From assembly GCA_030704615.1 (NCBI GenBank), contig CM060731.1:93310001-93374000 (forward strand): a DNA stretch of 64,000 bases, given 5' to 3'. Shown one piece after another: positions 62,229 through 64,000 of the stretch; position 1 is the first letter of the stretch, and each line of letters opens with the position of its first letter. Under the pieces are notes generated by a model. That model saw nothing but the letters and a program-made list of their open reading frames with translations, was not told the origin of the DNA and ran no database searches. The position numbers and the translations under genes are program-made. The stretch is from Takakia lepidozioides (taxonomy: Eukaryota > Plantae > Bryophyta).

Positions 62229-64000
62229 GGGGGCTGCTATTTCATGAGCGGCATGAGCATGAGCGGAAAAAAAAAAAGCATGAGCAGACCATTGTGAGTC
62301 CACGGAAATAGGGTTAGGAGGCACGGAAATAGGGTCATGTGAAGTTGGAATGTGGCACCAGTGGACTTGAAATGCAACATTTTATTGCAAATTTTGTGGC
62401 AAGCCACGTCTATACAAGTGTGTTCTAACTGTCATAGCCGGAATGGGCACTACTCTCCTACACCCTCCGAGGAACTTGCCCCACCTTCTTCCTCATCCCC
62501 CTCATCCCCCTCATCCTCCGAGCTCTGTGATGCATCAGTTCCACTATGCCTCTCAAAAATCCCGTCCTCTCCTTGGGGGACTGTCCACCTCACCTCCTGG
62601 GAATCTTCTGCGTCTTCTCCCCCACTTTCCTCAGCAGAATCCAACACAAATCTACGAGCCCGACGGGCTCTAATAGCTGCTGCCTCCTCCCTCATCTTCA
62701 TTTTCTTGAGGCTTGCCTCGTCTAAAATCTGCTGTACACGACTACGTTCGGAACACCTCCTAATGGACACCGAAGCAAGCCGGGCAGCATAAGTAGGAAG
62801 GATGTACTCCCTTTCTGGACTAGGCATGAAATCCCCCTGGCAAAAAAAGGCACGTTCCTCCTGCCCATGAACTCCGGTGTAGACGTCCCTCCGGCAGTAC
62901 TTGGCATCCTACAGTAAGAACAAATCCACTTCAAGAATGTCAATACCAGCACAAGCAGAAATGGTTTTCAATGAAATAAGAGAGCGGAGGGAGGTGCCTC
63001 ACAAAATCTGGAGGCAACTTACAATGCCACCACTCACTCGTAAACCGGGGGCTCCTCGGCCTCGATCCCAACTTCCTCCCCCTGCTCCTTCTCGGATTTT
63101 TCCTCATCCTCCGAGGATGCCTCTTCCTCTTTCGGCAGACGTTCAGCCGCTGCAAGTTCCGAGTTGTGGAGGGCAGTATCTGGCTCGAAGGCGAACACAT
63201 GCCTGCCGGATAACGTCCCTGCCCACATTAAAGCACCTGAGGAACAAAGCGGGCGGTTAATAGCTTGCGGCATGCAATTGCAATGGGGCCAGGGGACAAA
63301 CTGAGCACGTGAAGGCTTACCCGTGCCGCATGTGAGGTCCAGAATCCGCCCTTGGACATCCGAGCACGTCTCCATGAGGGTTTGGATGAAAGCAGGGCTC
63401 CGGGTCCGGCTGTACCGCCACGGTTTGCCTGTCTTTGTGTCCTTCGGCATACTAGAGTGGGGCACATAGTTGTAGAGGACATCGTAGGTTACAGGGTCCA
63501 CAGCGGCATCAACAAGACGACCGTCGTTGCGGAATTTGAACGTAGACCCTCTCTTCACAAAGCAATATGCCTGAAACACCAATGTCTGCACATCCAACAA
63601 AGAAGGGATCAATTCCAGGGTCTACTTAACATACACCACAATATGAAGTGAATGCAATAGATTGATAACTTACACTTTGGCCCTCTGTTCGCAACCCCTG
63701 CGTACTGATGCAGAACCATTTTCTGAGGAGGACTGGGGTGACACTTTTCGGTGTCCACCTTGCCACCGCATTCTCTGTGGTCTTCCCTCTCGTGGCAAGG
63801 ACAACCACACATCCACCGTCATCCAAAAGCATCCCCGCCAGCCCAAACCCGGCTTTCCAGTAGTCCTCAGTAAACCTGTTCCAGGTGGGCACACCATCCA
63901 GGCCCTCCAGCAGCTCCCCATCTGGAATGTCGAGGAGAATCATGTCGCAAGCTCTCTCCACCTCAACCCCCCCCCCGAGTGCTCTTGCAATTCGTGCTCA
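62229..64000 (+). mobile_element. Second element C copy (terminus plus 3' exons of the ParB-MTase paralog on - strand), runs off the window
   Basis: Starts GGGGGCTGCTATTTCATGAGC; reverse complement of ~53500-55271. Confidence 0.92.

Overview
Eukaryotic DNA, most likely from a non-seed land plant (short GT-AG introns, PLS-type PPR fragments, Tf1/Tcn1-like chromovirus; bryophyte/hornwort is an inference). 1-12.9 kb holds exon 1 of RNR1, a near full-length L1-type LINE with an internal inversion, and a PPR pseudogene. 13-64 kb is a nest of large DNA transposons of one Mutator-like (GCM-like + DDE + SWIM) family. One copy (element A, 14740-30228) is complete, has an 8-bp TSD (GTTGCAGG) and splits the transposase of a relative. 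Besides the transposase it carries a spliced gene fusing a ParB-like domain to a beta-class N4C/N6A-methyltransferase-like domain (DPPY replaced by a conserved DIPD), a divergent pair of unknown ~190-aa genes, and arrays of the palindrome GGAAATGCGGCGCCGCATTTCC spaced mostly at multiples of ~10.5 bp. Related subfamilies in the window carry variant palindromes in their own arrays. The best candidate for an undescribed system is this transposon-encoded protein plus cognate-site module (parS-like or VANDAL/VANC-like). A Ty3/gypsy remnant encoding a C5 DNA methyltransferase and a PHD finger lies at 55.3-61.7 kb. All calls come from reading the sequence; no searches were run.
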